Source: Chloroflexota bacterium (GTDB taxonomy: Bacteria; Chloroflexota; Dehalococcoidia; Lucifugimonadales; UBA3495). Taken from it: a stretch of DNA of 64,000 bases. The notes beneath the pieces were generated by a model, which made no database searches, had not been told where the DNA came from, and was given only the letters and a program-made list of their open reading frames with translations. Position numbers and translations under genes: made by a program. The DNA lies in the NCBI GenBank assembly GCA_027623675.1, contig JAQBVF010000017.1, forward strand, positions 14,185 through 78,184. Direction: 5' to 3'. Shown piece by piece: positions 46,349-56,929 of this stretch. Within the stretch, counting starts at the first letter, position 1, and each line of letters starts with the position of its first letter.

Positions 46349-49300
46349 ATGTACGCCGAACTACATTGCCACAGCAACTACTCCTTCCAGGAAGGCGCCT
46401 CCTCCGTGGAGGACCTGCTGGTGCGTGCCCGCGGCTTGGGATACCGGGCGTTGGCGCTGACCGACCACGACAACCTGTGTGGGGCCATGCACTTTGCCCA
46501 GGTGGCCAAAACCCTGGGCATGCAGTCCATAACCGGCGTGGAGATGACGATCAAGGGCCCGGACGCGTGTAAAGACGGCCAGGGCAACTCGCATCTGACT
46601 TTTCTGGCCGAGGACCAAGACGGCTACAGCCAGCTTTCCAACCTGATCTCCTACTCCTACGTGGCCGGAGGCCGCAGGGACCCGGCCCTGGACCTGAAGT
46701 ACATGCCGGACCGCGTCGATGGCCTGCTGCTGCTGACCGGCTGCCGCGCCGGACGGCTGCCCAGTTTGTTAACCGAAGGCAGATTCGCCGAGGCCGAGAC
46801 CCAACTGCGGCAGTATCTGGACTGGTTCGGTACGGACAACGTCTTCGTTGAGTTGCAGCAGAACCTGGTACAGGGCGACACCCAGCGCAACCGGCGGCTC
46901 ATCGACCTGGCCCGCAAGCTGGGGGTCGGCACGGTGGCGACCAACAACGTCCACTACCACGTACCGGACCGCCACCGCCTGCAGGACGCCCTGGTCTCCA
47001 TCAAGCACAACCGCAGCTTGGAAGAGACCCACAAGGAGCGCCGGGCCAACAATCAGGCCCATCTCAAGTCTCCCGCCGAGATGGCCGCCCTGTTCGCCGA
47101 ATGCCCGGAGGCTATCGAGAACACCCTCCGCATCGCCGAGCGCTGTTCTTTCGACCTGACCAAGGACCTGGCATACCGTTTCCCCGACTACCCCGTTCCG
47201 GCGGGCGCCACGCCCCAGAGCCACTTGGAAGACCTATGCCTCCAAGCCGCCGAACGCCGCTATGGGGGCGTCAACCAAAAGGTCAAAGACCGCTTGGACG
47301 AAGAATTGCGGCTGATCGGGAAACACGAGCTGGCCGGGTTCTTTCTGATCTACTACGAGATCATCCAGATGGCCCGCCAGATCATGATTGAGATGGGCCT
47401 TAGCGACGCCGAGATACCCCTGGAAGAACGCCCGCCGGGCCGGGGCCGGGGCTCGTCGGTGGCCATGCTGGTCGGCTATCTGATCGGTCTTTCCCACATC
47501 GACCCCTTGGAGTACAACCTGTCTCTGGACCGGTTCCTGTCCGACGACCTGGGTTCGGTGCCCGATATCGACCTGGACTTCCCCCGCAACATCCGGGAGG
47601 AACTGATCATCCGGGTGCACCGGAAGTGGGGCTGGGACCGGGCCGCTCTGACCGGCATGATCAGCACCTACCAGATGAAGGGCGCCGTCCGTGACTTGGG
47701 CAAGGCCTTGGGTCTGCCGGCCCAGGGCGTGGACAAGCTGGCCAAGCGGGTCGATTCCCATGATGCCAAGGAACTGGAACTGGAGATGCTCCAACTGCCC
47801 GAGTTCCGGGACATGGTGGACGCTCCGGGCTGGCGCGACCTCATCGAGATGGCGGCCCAGTTGGACGGCTTCCCCAAGTACCTGGCCCAACATCCCGGGG
47901 GCATGATCATTAGCTCGTCGCCTTTGATCGACACGGTGCCGGTGCAGCAGGCAGCCATCGCCGACCGCTACATCTGCCATTGGGACAAGGACAGCATCGA
48001 CCAGGCCGGCTTCGTGAAGATCGACTTCCTGGCCTTGGGCGCCCTTTCTCAGATGCAGGAATGCCTGCTTTTGATCGAAGAACGCGAGGGCAATTACATC
48101 GACCTGAGCCGCATCGACTTCAATGACCGGGCCGTCTACGAGAGCATGCACCAGGCCGACACGATAGGAATCTTCCAGGTGGAGTCGGCCGCCCAGATGC
48201 AGACCGTGCCCCGCATCAAGCCTTGGAACCTGACCGACATGGCCTACGAGGTGGGCGCCGTGCGGCCCGGAGTGGGAGTGAACGACGGCGTGACCCAGTT
48301 CATCCAGCGCCGTTCCGAGGGCATACCATGGGACTATGACCACCCCTTGGAGCAACGGGCCTTGGAGCGCACCCTGGGCATAATACTGTTCCAGGACCAG
48401 GTTAACCAGGTGGCCATGGACGTGGCCGGCTTCACTTCATTGGAGGCCGACCAACTGCGCCGGGCCTTCGGGAAGCGCAACAACGATGCCATGATTCAGC
48501 ATTACTGGGAGAAGTTCCGGAGCGGGGCCGCCGGACTGGGCGTTTCCGAAGATGCGGCCCAACGTATCTTCAAAAAGTTCAATGGCCACTATATGTTCCC
48601 CGAGTCCCATGCCTTTGCCTTTGGCGCGACGGCCTACCACATGGCCTGGCTCAAGTATTACCACCCGCTGGAGTTCTACGTCGCCATCTTCAACCAGCAG
48701 CCCATGGGTTTCTACAACACCGAGACACTGAAAGAGGATGCCAGACGCCACGGCATCACCGTCTTGAATCCAGATATCAACCACAGCCGGGAGAAGTGCG
48801 TCATCAAGGACGAAAGCGTCTTGCTGGGGCTGCGTTACGTCCGTGGCCTGGGCGACGCGGCGGCATCTCAGGCGGTGGCGGCCAGAGACAGAGGAGGGGC
48901 GTTCAAGGACCTGGCCGACGCCATGGAACGCACCGGACTGCGGCGGGAGGCCATCGAGAACCTGGTGACTGCCGGGGCCTTTGACGGCTTGACGGCCAAG
49001 ACTGCCAAGGCTGGGGCAACGCCAAGGGCCAATGAGAGAACGGGCCGGCGGCAGGCGCTGTGGGAAACGGGCTTGCGTTACCGGCCGGTCAACGCCCAAC
49101 TGCCCCTGCTCCTGCCCGTGGACCAAGACATGGCCGAACTGCCCGAGCAGAGCGAGTGGGAGACCATGGGCGAGGAATACCGCATCATGGGCCTCTACCC
49201 CAAGGGGCATCTGATGGCCCTGGCCCGCCCTCACCTGCGGCCGGGGATACTATCCAGCCGTGATGTGGAGTCCAGGGCCGACGGCGATGTCGTCACCGTG

Positions 49301-49552
49301 GCCGGGTTGGTGATACGCCGCCAGCGCCCCCTGGCCAAGGCGGTTTTCCTCACGCTGGAGGACGAGTTCGGCCATATCCCGTTAGTCGTTTGGCCCGGCG
49401 AGTTCGCCAAGTACCGGCAGGTCATCAGAGAGCCGCTGCTGGTCATCACCGGCGAAGTCTCGCGCCGGGATGGCACCATGAATATCGTGGCCAAGCACGT
49501 GGAGCCCATGCCGGCCATGGACCATCTCCCCAAAGCCAAAAGCTGGCAGTGA
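46349..49552 (+). CDS. dnaE2: Error-prone DNA polymerase III alpha subunit DnaE2 (ImuC)
   Basis: MYAELHCHSNYSF, ALTDHD, GRGS, PDIDLDF, QHPGG, KIDFLALG, FQVES, FPESHA, NQQPMGFY, FLTLEDE motifs. Confidence 0.95.
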   Translation: MYAELHCHSNYSFQEGASSVEDLLVRARGLGYRALALTDHDNLCGAMHFAQVAKTLGMQSITGVEMTIKGPDACKDGQGNSHLTFLAEDQDGYSQLSNLISYSYVAGGRRDPALDLKYMPDRVDGLLLLTGCRAGRLPSLLTEGRFAEAETQLRQYLDWFGTDNVFVELQQNLVQGDTQRNRRLIDLARKLGVGTVATNNVHYHVPDRHRLQDALVSIKHNRSLEETHKERRANNQAHLKSPAEMAALFAECPEAIENTLRIAERCSFDLTKDLAYRFPDYPVPAGATPQSHLEDLCLQAAERRYGGVNQKVKDRLDEELRLIGKHELAGFFLIYYEIIQMARQIMIEMGLSDAEIPLEERPPGRGRGSSVAMLVGYLIGLSHIDPLEYNLSLDRFLSDDLGSVPDIDLDFPRNIREELIIRVHRKWGWDRAALTGMISTYQMKGAVRDLGKALGLPAQGVDKLAKRVDSHDAKELELEMLQLPEFRDMVDAPGWRDLIEMAAQLDGFPKYLAQHPGGMIISSSPLIDTVPVQQAAIADRYICHWDKDSIDQAGFVKIDFLALGALSQMQECLLLIEEREGNYIDLSRIDFNDRAVYESMHQADTIGIFQVESAAQMQTVPRIKPWNLTDMAYEVGAVRPGVGVNDGVTQFIQRRSEGIPWDYDHPLEQRALERTLGIILFQDQVNQVAMDVAGFTSLEADQLRRAFGKRNNDAMIQHYWEKFRSGAAGLGVSEDAAQRIFKKFNGHYMFPESHAFAFGATAYHMAWLKYYHPLEFYVAIFNQQPMGFYNTETLKEDARRHGITVLNPDINHSREKCVIKDESVLLGLRYVRGLGDAAASQAVAARDRGGAFKDLADAMERTGLRREAIENLVTAGAFDGLTAKTAKAGATPRANERTGRRQALWETGLRYRPVNAQLPLLLPVDQDMAELPEQSEWETMGEEYRIMGLYPKGHLMALARPHLRPGILSSRDVESRADGDVVTVAGLVIRRQRPLAKAVFLTLEDEFGHIPLVVWPGEFAKYRQVIREPLLVITGEVSRRDGTMNIVAKHVEPMPAMDHLPKAKSWQ

Positions 49553-50001
49553 GCCCGGCCCAGATCAGGGAACAATGAGCTGCTACTGCACGCAGAGTTA
49601 GTCCAGGGACTCCAATTTCTCTTTCATCTTATTTCGCAGGCTTTTCTATTGCCCGCCTGCGATCAACGGAATCATAAACCGCGCAGGCAACATGAAGATG
49701 GGGAATCAGGTCACATTGGCCCGCCTGCTCAGATCGTACATAGCTTCAAACGCTTTAACTTGCGGGCCATTGATTACGATGCTCGGCATTTTTATCCGCA
49801 CGCCGAGCAGATTTCTAGTTGTTTATGCCATGAAAAATGCATGAATCAAGTGATATCTCAAAAAATCAAACGAATAAATGTTTTACAACAGATTAAATAA
49901 GCGAATATAGCCATATCTTTTAGCGGCTTTGGTCAGATGCTAGAATGTCCGCCCAGGCGCCAGGCACCAAGGCGCATTTACTACTGAGAAGGAGTTACGC
50001 C

Positions 50002-51453
50002 ATGATTGATACGGTTATCAAAGGCGGAACAGTGGTCACACCCGCCGGTGTGGGCGGTTGGGACATCGGACTGGATGGCGAGAAGATCGCCGCAGTGGCC
50101 ATGCCCGGAGTCCTACCCGCTGAAGGCGTTCGGCTGATCGACGCCGCGGGCAAGATCGTCGTCCCCGGCGGTGTTGAGGCCCACGCCCACGCCGCCGCCA
50201 ACGTCCAAGAGGGACTGCGGGAGTTGGTCCCCGGAACGCCCAACGCCGGCCCGGCCGTGCATTCCCTGGGCGCCATCTGGGGCGGCACCACCACGGTGGT
50301 TGATTTCACTCCCGTGAATAACGAGGGCGACCTGGCCCAGGGCGTCCACGACTTCATGTCGGTATGGGAAGGAGAGGCCTACACCGACTACACCACCCAT
50401 GTCATCTACCGCAACTCCAACACCCCCGATTCCATCGCCCGCTTCGGCGAGTTGGTCTCAGCGGGCTTTCCCAGCGTAAAGATCTTCACCACCGATATCC
50501 GTCCCCCAGGCAACGTAGGCCGCACCCTGACCCCCGGTGGACGCCTGGAGACTGGCCGGCTCTATGACCTGATGGAACAGGTGTCCCGCCACGGCGGCAT
50601 ATTGGCGGTCCACGGCGAAGACGACGAACTGGTGATGTACAACTACCTCATGGCCCAGCAGCGGGACCAATGGGACTGGTACAACGCCAATCTGATCCAC
50701 TCAAAAGCGGTGGAAGATTTGGCTTTCAGGCACGTTACCCGCATGGCCGAACGCACCGGAGCCGGCATGTACTTCGTCCACGTGACGGCCAAGGACGGCG
50801 TCGATGTCATCGCTGAAGCCCGCAGCAACGGCCAGCCGGTCTACGGCGAGGTCCTAACCCTGGCCCTGTCCTTCGACGCCAGACGCTACCGGGAAGACGA
50901 CGGCATGAAGTACCACACCTATCCTTCTCTCAAGGGCGAGGAGGACAACGTCAGTCTGTGGGACGGCATCATGAAGAGCGACCTGTCCTTCACCGCGACC
51001 GACAGCAGTTTCACGACCTACCTGGACAAGATCGCCGGAAGGAACGTAGAGGATATGCGCGGCGGCAACATCGGCATCGAGATCCGGATGGGGGTCAACT
51101 ATACCGAGGCCGTGGTAAAACGCGGCATGTCCCTGGAGCGCTTCGCCGACGTTACCTCAACCAACGCCGCCAAGATACTTGGCTTGTATCCGCGAAAGGG
51201 CGCGATCGCCGTCGGCAGCGACGCCGACTTCGCCATCATCGACCCGTCGGTCAAGAAAGCCCTGGCCATGTCCGACCTGCACGTCCGCGACTACAGCCCC
51301 TGGGAGGGTTGGGAAGTGCAGGGCTGGCCGACCACCGTGATGCTGAGAGGCAAGATCATGGTGGACAACGGCCAACTCCTGGGCGATGGCAACGACGGTC
51401 GGATGGTCCTTCGGAAGGTCGACCAGAGCATCCTGCAACGGCCCACGGTTTAG
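50002..51453 (+). CDS. Dihydropyrimidinase/hydantoinase-like amidohydrolase
   Basis: IDAAGKIVVPGGVEAHAH, GGTTT, SVKIF, HGED, VHV, ATD, KGAIAVGSDAD. ATG follows AAGGAG. Confidence 0.9.
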   Translation: MIDTVIKGGTVVTPAGVGGWDIGLDGEKIAAVAMPGVLPAEGVRLIDAAGKIVVPGGVEAHAHAAANVQEGLRELVPGTPNAGPAVHSLGAIWGGTTTVVDFTPVNNEGDLAQGVHDFMSVWEGEAYTDYTTHVIYRNSNTPDSIARFGELVSAGFPSVKIFTTDIRPPGNVGRTLTPGGRLETGRLYDLMEQVSRHGGILAVHGEDDELVMYNYLMAQQRDQWDWYNANLIHSKAVEDLAFRHVTRMAERTGAGMYFVHVTAKDGVDVIAEARSNGQPVYGEVLTLALSFDARRYREDDGMKYHTYPSLKGEEDNVSLWDGIMKSDLSFTATDSSFTTYLDKIAGRNVEDMRGGNIGIEIRMGVNYTEAVVKRGMSLERFADVTSTNAAKILGLYPRKGAIAVGSDADFAIIDPSVKKALAMSDLHVRDYSPWEGWEVQGWPTTVMLRGKIMVDNGQLLGDGNDGRMVLRKVDQSILQRPTV

Positions 51454-51571
51454 GGGCGGCATCGGCGTCTCCTGACGGGCTCAGGAGGCCATCTTACAGT
51501 CTCGATTATTTTGGAAAGTCCCGCGCTCGGAGGAGTCGATCGGAACCGGCAAGTGCGGGAAAGAGGATGTT

Positions 51572-52789
51572 ATGGCGGGTGCGCTAGAGGGCCTAAAGGT
51601 ATTGGAGATTGCAAACTGGGTCGCCGCGCCGTCCGCCTGCGCGATCTTGGCGGATATGGGCGCCGAAGTTGTCAAGATTGAACATCCGGAGACGGGAGAT
51701 CCCGTTCGCAGCGTAGACGTATCCGCACAAGGTATTGTCCAGTACTCCAGTGGTGTCAACACCGTGTTCGAGCTGCTCAACCGAGGAAAACGGAGCGTCG
51801 CGGTGGACCTTGGAGATCCACAAGGCCAAGAGATCGTCCAAAAACTGGCGGCACAGTCGGATGTGGTAGTCACTAATCTGACACCCCATAGACAAGAGCG
51901 GTACCGGCTGCGCTATGAAGACCTATCAGGGCTGAATCCGCGGACGATCTACCTCGCTCTCACCGGGTACGGGACCGAGGGACCCGAGCGTGACAGATCG
52001 GGGTTTGACTATGCTGCGTTTTGGGCGCGCTCCGGCATCATGGCTTCGCTGGGAGAAGACGGAGGACCGCCAACGCAGCAGCGTCCAGGCATGGGCGACC
52101 AGACGACGTCATTGGCGTTGACCGCTGCGATCGGCATGGCTCTATACGAACGGGAACGCTCGGGGCAGGGGCAAAGGATCGACTGCTCTCTACTTCATAC
52201 CGGCATGTGGGTTATCGGCTGCGATGTCATGGCTGCTCTTAAGACTCAAGCTCCGGTAAATCGCGTGGCGAGGAAAGACGTGGGAAATCCGCTTGCCAAT
52301 TTCTATCAGGCGGCGGATGGCAAGTGGCTGCAGCTCGTGATGATCGAGTCGGAGCGGTTCTGGGATGGCTTCTGTGCCGCTCTCGGCCTAAAGGAGATTG
52401 CCGACGATCCTCGATTCTCCAGCCACGTGAGCCGCGGACAGCATAACGGCGAGCTGGTTGAAACCATCGAAGACCGTTTTGCATTGGAGAGCTTTGACCA
52501 CTGGGCGGCAAGACTCGATGAACAAGGGTGTATCTGGGCGCCGATACAGACGGTGGACCAGGTCGTTGATGACCCACAAGTGCACGCCAACGGCTACACA
52601 GCCACGTTAACCCATCTTGAGGAAGGCGATTTCAAGATTCTGACCCCGCCGGTTAAGTACTCGCGAACGCCCGGGAAAGCAGCTTCCGCCGCGCCCGAGC
52701 TTGGCCAGGACACCGAAACGACGCTGCTGGAGCTGGGCTACACCTGGGACGACATAATCGCTCTCAAGGAGCAAGGGGCAATCATCTAA
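51572..52789 (+). CDS. Family III CoA-transferase (CaiB/BaiF)
   Basis: LEGLKVLE, LADMGAEVVKIE, NRGKRS, GFD, APELGQDT motifs. Confidence 0.93.
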   Translation: MAGALEGLKVLEIANWVAAPSACAILADMGAEVVKIEHPETGDPVRSVDVSAQGIVQYSSGVNTVFELLNRGKRSVAVDLGDPQGQEIVQKLAAQSDVVVTNLTPHRQERYRLRYEDLSGLNPRTIYLALTGYGTEGPERDRSGFDYAAFWARSGIMASLGEDGGPPTQQRPGMGDQTTSLALTAAIGMALYERERSGQGQRIDCSLLHTGMWVIGCDVMAALKTQAPVNRVARKDVGNPLANFYQAADGKWLQLVMIESERFWDGFCAALGLKEIADDPRFSSHVSRGQHNGELVETIEDRFALESFDHWAARLDEQGCIWAPIQTVDQVVDDPQVHANGYTATLTHLEEGDFKILTPPVKYSRTPGKAASAAPELGQDTETTLLELGYTWDDIIALKEQGAII

Positions 52790-54019
52790 AGGATTCCATC
52801 AAAATGCCCGTGATGGGCGGCCTTATCGGATTGTCCCCCGGAGTCCTTCTGGGGAAGGACTTCACTCGACAGAGCTGCAGGCCTGTTGCGACGCCCCCGC
52901 GAGCGGGCCTGTCGCTCTTCCCTCGCGCACGGGGAAAGGTTACGGCATAGGCGAGAAAGAAGGCTAGCACGATTGCCAAGCGCCGTTTGGCTTCGCCTGC
53001 GGCAAGCGGCCGCGGCGGATCAGGAAAAGTGCGTTTTAAGAGCTTAGAAGTGTCCGGCAATATGTGGGGTCGCTCCACAGGGATGCCCGCGTACGAAAAA
53101 TGACCTGCTAGCGCCTGGGTATCATCATGCTGGGGTCTGACGAAGAATGGCAGGCCCGGGAAAGCGAAGTTCCGCAGGCCGCGGGGGCGCCGGATGAATC
53201 ATTTTTGCGCGGGTATTTCCGGATGTCTCAGTCTGAGGTTGGAAGGGCCAGCGTACTTAATGTATTCAATAGGTAGCTTTCCTACCATATGACCTTATGA
53301 CCGATTCTGGCCGATAAGCAACTGTGAGACGCCCACAATTGCCAAGATTTTTGGGGGGGCGCGACCGTCGCCACGCCCCCCGCGGGATGGGGTGAAGGGG
53401 AGGAAAATGACTGGTTAAAGGGCCGATTCATTAGGCTTTGCACTATGGCCACCAAGACCCGGGTGCGGTGAGACGCCGACGCACGTTGCAGGTTTAATGG
53501 CGGCGTGTGAGATGGCTAAATGAGTTGAGGGAATTGCTGGGTTTTTCTGTTGTAAGGCGATTCCAGTTCGGCTGTCAGGTGAACACCGTTGCCCGATAAA
53601 CCAATAAGAGCCTGCCAGAGCATAAGCACGAGCGAACCGGGCGTGCGTGCCAGGCATGAACGTGGGTGACGACAGGGTCAAGTTGCCCATAGTAAACACT
53701 ATTCGCCAGACGCGCCAGCCACCCTGATTACGAGAAAATCATAGCATCAATTAATGCACTATTCCAGTTGGATGCCAGCTTAAAACGGAGCGATCCTGAG
53801 ACGGAGAAAAGAGCCGTACCCGCGCCGTACCCGCCAGCGAAAAATTTGAATAAAACCGAGCAGCAACACCGTGGGTATGGCCTATTTACGGTCACTGGTT
53901 CGGTCCGAGACCGAGTTAGTAACGATATTTACGGTAATAAATATGACTAAATCAGAGATTCAACAGTAGTATATTTGCTATAATTTCCCTCTGTATCAGG
54001 TAGGCAGATCAGGTGGACG

Positions 54020-54724
54020 ATGGAATCGGAACCGCAAAAAAAGATCCTCGTTATTGAGGACGATGAAGATATAAGGACCGTCGTGGCAACCCGCCTAACC
54101 AAGGCTGGCTATGACACCACCATAGCATCTGACGGTAAAGACGGGCTGCGTCATTTTTATGGCGACCGGCCGGACCTGGTCGTGCTCGACATTGCGATGC
54201 CCGTCATGGACGGCTGGCAGGTGTTGGAACGCCTCAGAGAAGTATCTGACGTGCCTGTGTTGATCCTCACCGCCGCGATGCAAGAACGGGACAAGCTTCG
54301 TGGGTTGAGGTCTGGCGCCGACGATTACATCACCAAGCCGTTCTCCGGCGAAGAATTATTGGCCAGAGTTGAAGTGGCCCTGAGGCGGGTTGGCGCTCCT
54401 GTCGAAGAACCGGGAAGCACGACCTATTCAGATTCCGAGATTGCCATAGACTTCCCAAAGCATGAGGTCTTTGTCCGCGGTGAGCCAGTCCAGTTGAGCC
54501 CCACCGAGTTTCGTCTCTTGGCAGCCCTGACTAGAAACGCCAACCAGGTGCTGGGTCAAGACCAACTGCTGGACCAGGTGTGGGGCCGGGAATACGTAGG
54601 CTCATTGGACGTGGTCCGCCTGTACGTCGGCTATCTGCGCCGCAAGGTAGAACGGGACCATGAAGCGCCAAATCTGATAGAAACCGTCAGAGGCTTCGGC
54701 TACCGGTACCGTAGACCGGCCTAG
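54020..54724 (+). CDS. OmpR/PhoB family response regulator
   Basis: Receiver (IEDD, LDIAMP, GADDYITKPF) plus wHTH (LSPTEFRLL, ETVRGFGYR). Confidence 0.95.
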   Translation: MESEPQKKILVIEDDEDIRTVVATRLTKAGYDTTIASDGKDGLRHFYGDRPDLVVLDIAMPVMDGWQVLERLREVSDVPVLILTAAMQERDKLRGLRSGADDYITKPFSGEELLARVEVALRRVGAPVEEPGSTTYSDSEIAIDFPKHEVFVRGEPVQLSPTEFRLLAALTRNANQVLGQDQLLDQVWGREYVGSLDVVRLYVGYLRRKVERDHEAPNLIETVRGFGYRYRRPA

Positions 54725-55135
54725 CGATACTCCACAACCTTCCTTCCGCCATCCCCTTCGGATTCGGCATAATTGTTTGAGTCCGGCAAGCAATTACACC
54801 ACCCTGCCGAACATGGCAATCGATCCCCGGCGACCGTTTGCCTTGATTCTGGACGCCCTCCTTATCGTTTCCTATAGCGAATGACATTGCATTTAGCAAA
54901 TGGATTCGTAATAGTGTTTACAGACCACATCGGACCGTGCGCGCTGAAACCGCTAATGCGGGGATTCCGGTGGGCTAATCCGCGCCATTTTTCTGTGGCC
55001 AGCCAATCTGGTACCGACCCGATGGACGAGACTTGTGCCAACCATTCACCAGACCCGAAGCAGCGTTGACCTGATTCCGGTGGGTGAGCTCAAATCCGTT
55101 CTTTCTAAACCCTACGACTCGGGAATAATCAATCA

Positions 55136-56857
55136 ATGACAAAAATCAAACGGCTCGGCGTTTTCGCCATATTCTTGGCCCTCGTCTTGGCAGCTGCCTG
55201 CGGTGGAGATGCCACATCAGTTCAGGCACCCGTTTCCTCGACCGAAGCCACTGTGGCAAGCCCAACGAGCACGGCCGATTCCACAGCCCATTCCGATGAT
55301 GCCATCCGGGCCAACCTGGGCGGTGAGCCGAACACACTGGACCCGCAAATGGCCAGTTCCTTGCTGGAGTTCTCAGTGCTCCGGCAGTTGTCCCAGGGCC
55401 TCCTCGGCTTCGACAAAGACCTGGCCCTCACCCCCCTGGTTGCCTCCCAAGTTCCCACTGTGGAGAATGGCGGCATATCCGCCGACGGCCTGACCTACAC
55501 CTTCAAACTGAAAGACGGCGTTTCTTGGAGCGATGGACAACCGCTGACGGCCGGAGATTTCGTCTACATCTTCAAACGCCTTCTGGCAGCCGAGACCGCC
55601 GGACCGTACTCCGACTTTTTTACGGCGATCCGTGGCGGGGAAGAATCCCTGAAGGCCGCAGACGCCGAAGCGGCAGTCAAGGCACGTCTTAAGGATGCAT
55701 TGGGCGTCTCTGCCCCTGCCGACGATACCCTGGTGATCAGCCTATCCGCTCCCAACCCAACGTTCCTGCAGAAAGTGGCCTTGGTTGCCGCGGCGCCGGT
55801 GCGCCAGGACTTAATCGAGGAGTACGGCACAGCGTGGACTGAGGCGGGGAATCACGTTGGTAACGGCCCGTACGTCCTGGCGGAGTGGGTCCATCAAAAT
55901 TACATCACGTTGAAAGCAAACCAGAACTACTGGGGCAAGCCCCCCAAGCAAAAACGGGTTCGGTTGACCATGATTTCTGACGTTAACGCGGAGTTGACGG
56001 CCTTTAAGGCTGGGGACCTGGATATCGCCAGGGTCCCACCCGGCACCGAGGCTGGGATACTGAAAGACGACGCCTTGAAAGGCCAGGTGCTGCTTTCATC
56101 CCAACTCGCCAGCCTGGCCATGTTCTTGAACACCACTGTTGAGCCACTGGCCAACATGAAGGTCCGACAGGCGATCGCCACTGGAATCGACCGCGCGGCA
56201 TGGACTGAAAAGGTCAAAAATGGAGTTGGTGAATCGGCCACCGGCTGGTTGCCGCCCGGGCTTCCTGGGTTCGATCCCAGCGCTGGCATGGAGTACATCT
56301 TCAACGTTGAGAAGGCCAGGGGCCTGCTGTCCGATGCCGGCTATCCCGGTGGAGACGGCTTCCCTGATATATCACTGACCTACGTGGAAGCCGGCGATCA
56401 GGGGTTGATCGCTCAGTTCCTGCAGGCCCAATTGTCCGAGAACCTGGGCATCGAGATCGAGCTTGATCCGCTGGACCCGCCTTCCTACGGGCAGCAGGTG
56501 ATCGGCGGACGTCAGTTCGATGCGGCGCTGGTGTTCTGGACCGCGGACTATCCGGACCCCGAGAATTTCTTGGCGGCTCTATTCTCGTCTGAATCATTCC
56601 TGGACATCACCGGTTACGCCAGCGAGGAATTTGACCGTCTGGCCGGACTGGCGGCAACCGAGTTGGACCAGAAGACCCGTGTGGCGCTCTGGAGCCAAGC
56701 TCACGAGGTCATGCTGGCCGATGCTCCGATCGCGCCGTTGATATATGTCGAGCGCTACTACCTGAAGAGTTCCAAGGTAGATGGACTAACCTTGACCGGC
56801 ATCGACGGAGAGATTCCTGGCGACACCAGGTTGGCTGAGGTTACCATCGGCCGCTAG
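55136..56857 (+). CDS. Oligopeptide ABC transporter substrate-binding lipoprotein (OppA-like)
   Basis: Lipobox LAAAC; EPNTLDP, SADGLTYTFKLK..WSDGQPLTA.DF, GNGPY, W.ADYPDP motifs. Confidence 0.93.
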   Translation: MTKIKRLGVFAIFLALVLAAACGGDATSVQAPVSSTEATVASPTSTADSTAHSDDAIRANLGGEPNTLDPQMASSLLEFSVLRQLSQGLLGFDKDLALTPLVASQVPTVENGGISADGLTYTFKLKDGVSWSDGQPLTAGDFVYIFKRLLAAETAGPYSDFFTAIRGGEESLKAADAEAAVKARLKDALGVSAPADDTLVISLSAPNPTFLQKVALVAAAPVRQDLIEEYGTAWTEAGNHVGNGPYVLAEWVHQNYITLKANQNYWGKPPKQKRVRLTMISDVNAELTAFKAGDLDIARVPPGTEAGILKDDALKGQVLLSSQLASLAMFLNTTVEPLANMKVRQAIATGIDRAAWTEKVKNGVGESATGWLPPGLPGFDPSAGMEYIFNVEKARGLLSDAGYPGGDGFPDISLTYVEAGDQGLIAQFLQAQLSENLGIEIELDPLDPPSYGQQVIGGRQFDAALVFWTADYPDPENFLAALFSSESFLDITGYASEEFDRLAGLAATELDQKTRVALWSQAHEVMLADAPIAPLIYVERYYLKSSKVDGLTLTGIDGEIPGDTRLAEVTIGR

Positions 56858-56929
56858 GCAGCCGATTGGCCGCAAAGCTACGTGACCTCCGGTGTTGAAG
56901 GCCGGTTTGGGTAAGAAGATGCGACATTC

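Noticed and set aside
938..49234. Many long antisense or alternate-frame ORFs in the track (e.g. 938-1828, 9012-9956, 24937-26037, 47234-48355)
   Set aside because: Shadow ORFs of GC-rich genes with no motifs, fully overlapping confident CDSs.
53137..53165. Hammerhead ribozyme core (CTGACGA...GAAA)
   Set aside because: No stem II or flanking stems can be formed.
52782..53950. Short ORFs in the long intergenic gap
   Set aside because: No RBS, motif or codon bias supporting them.
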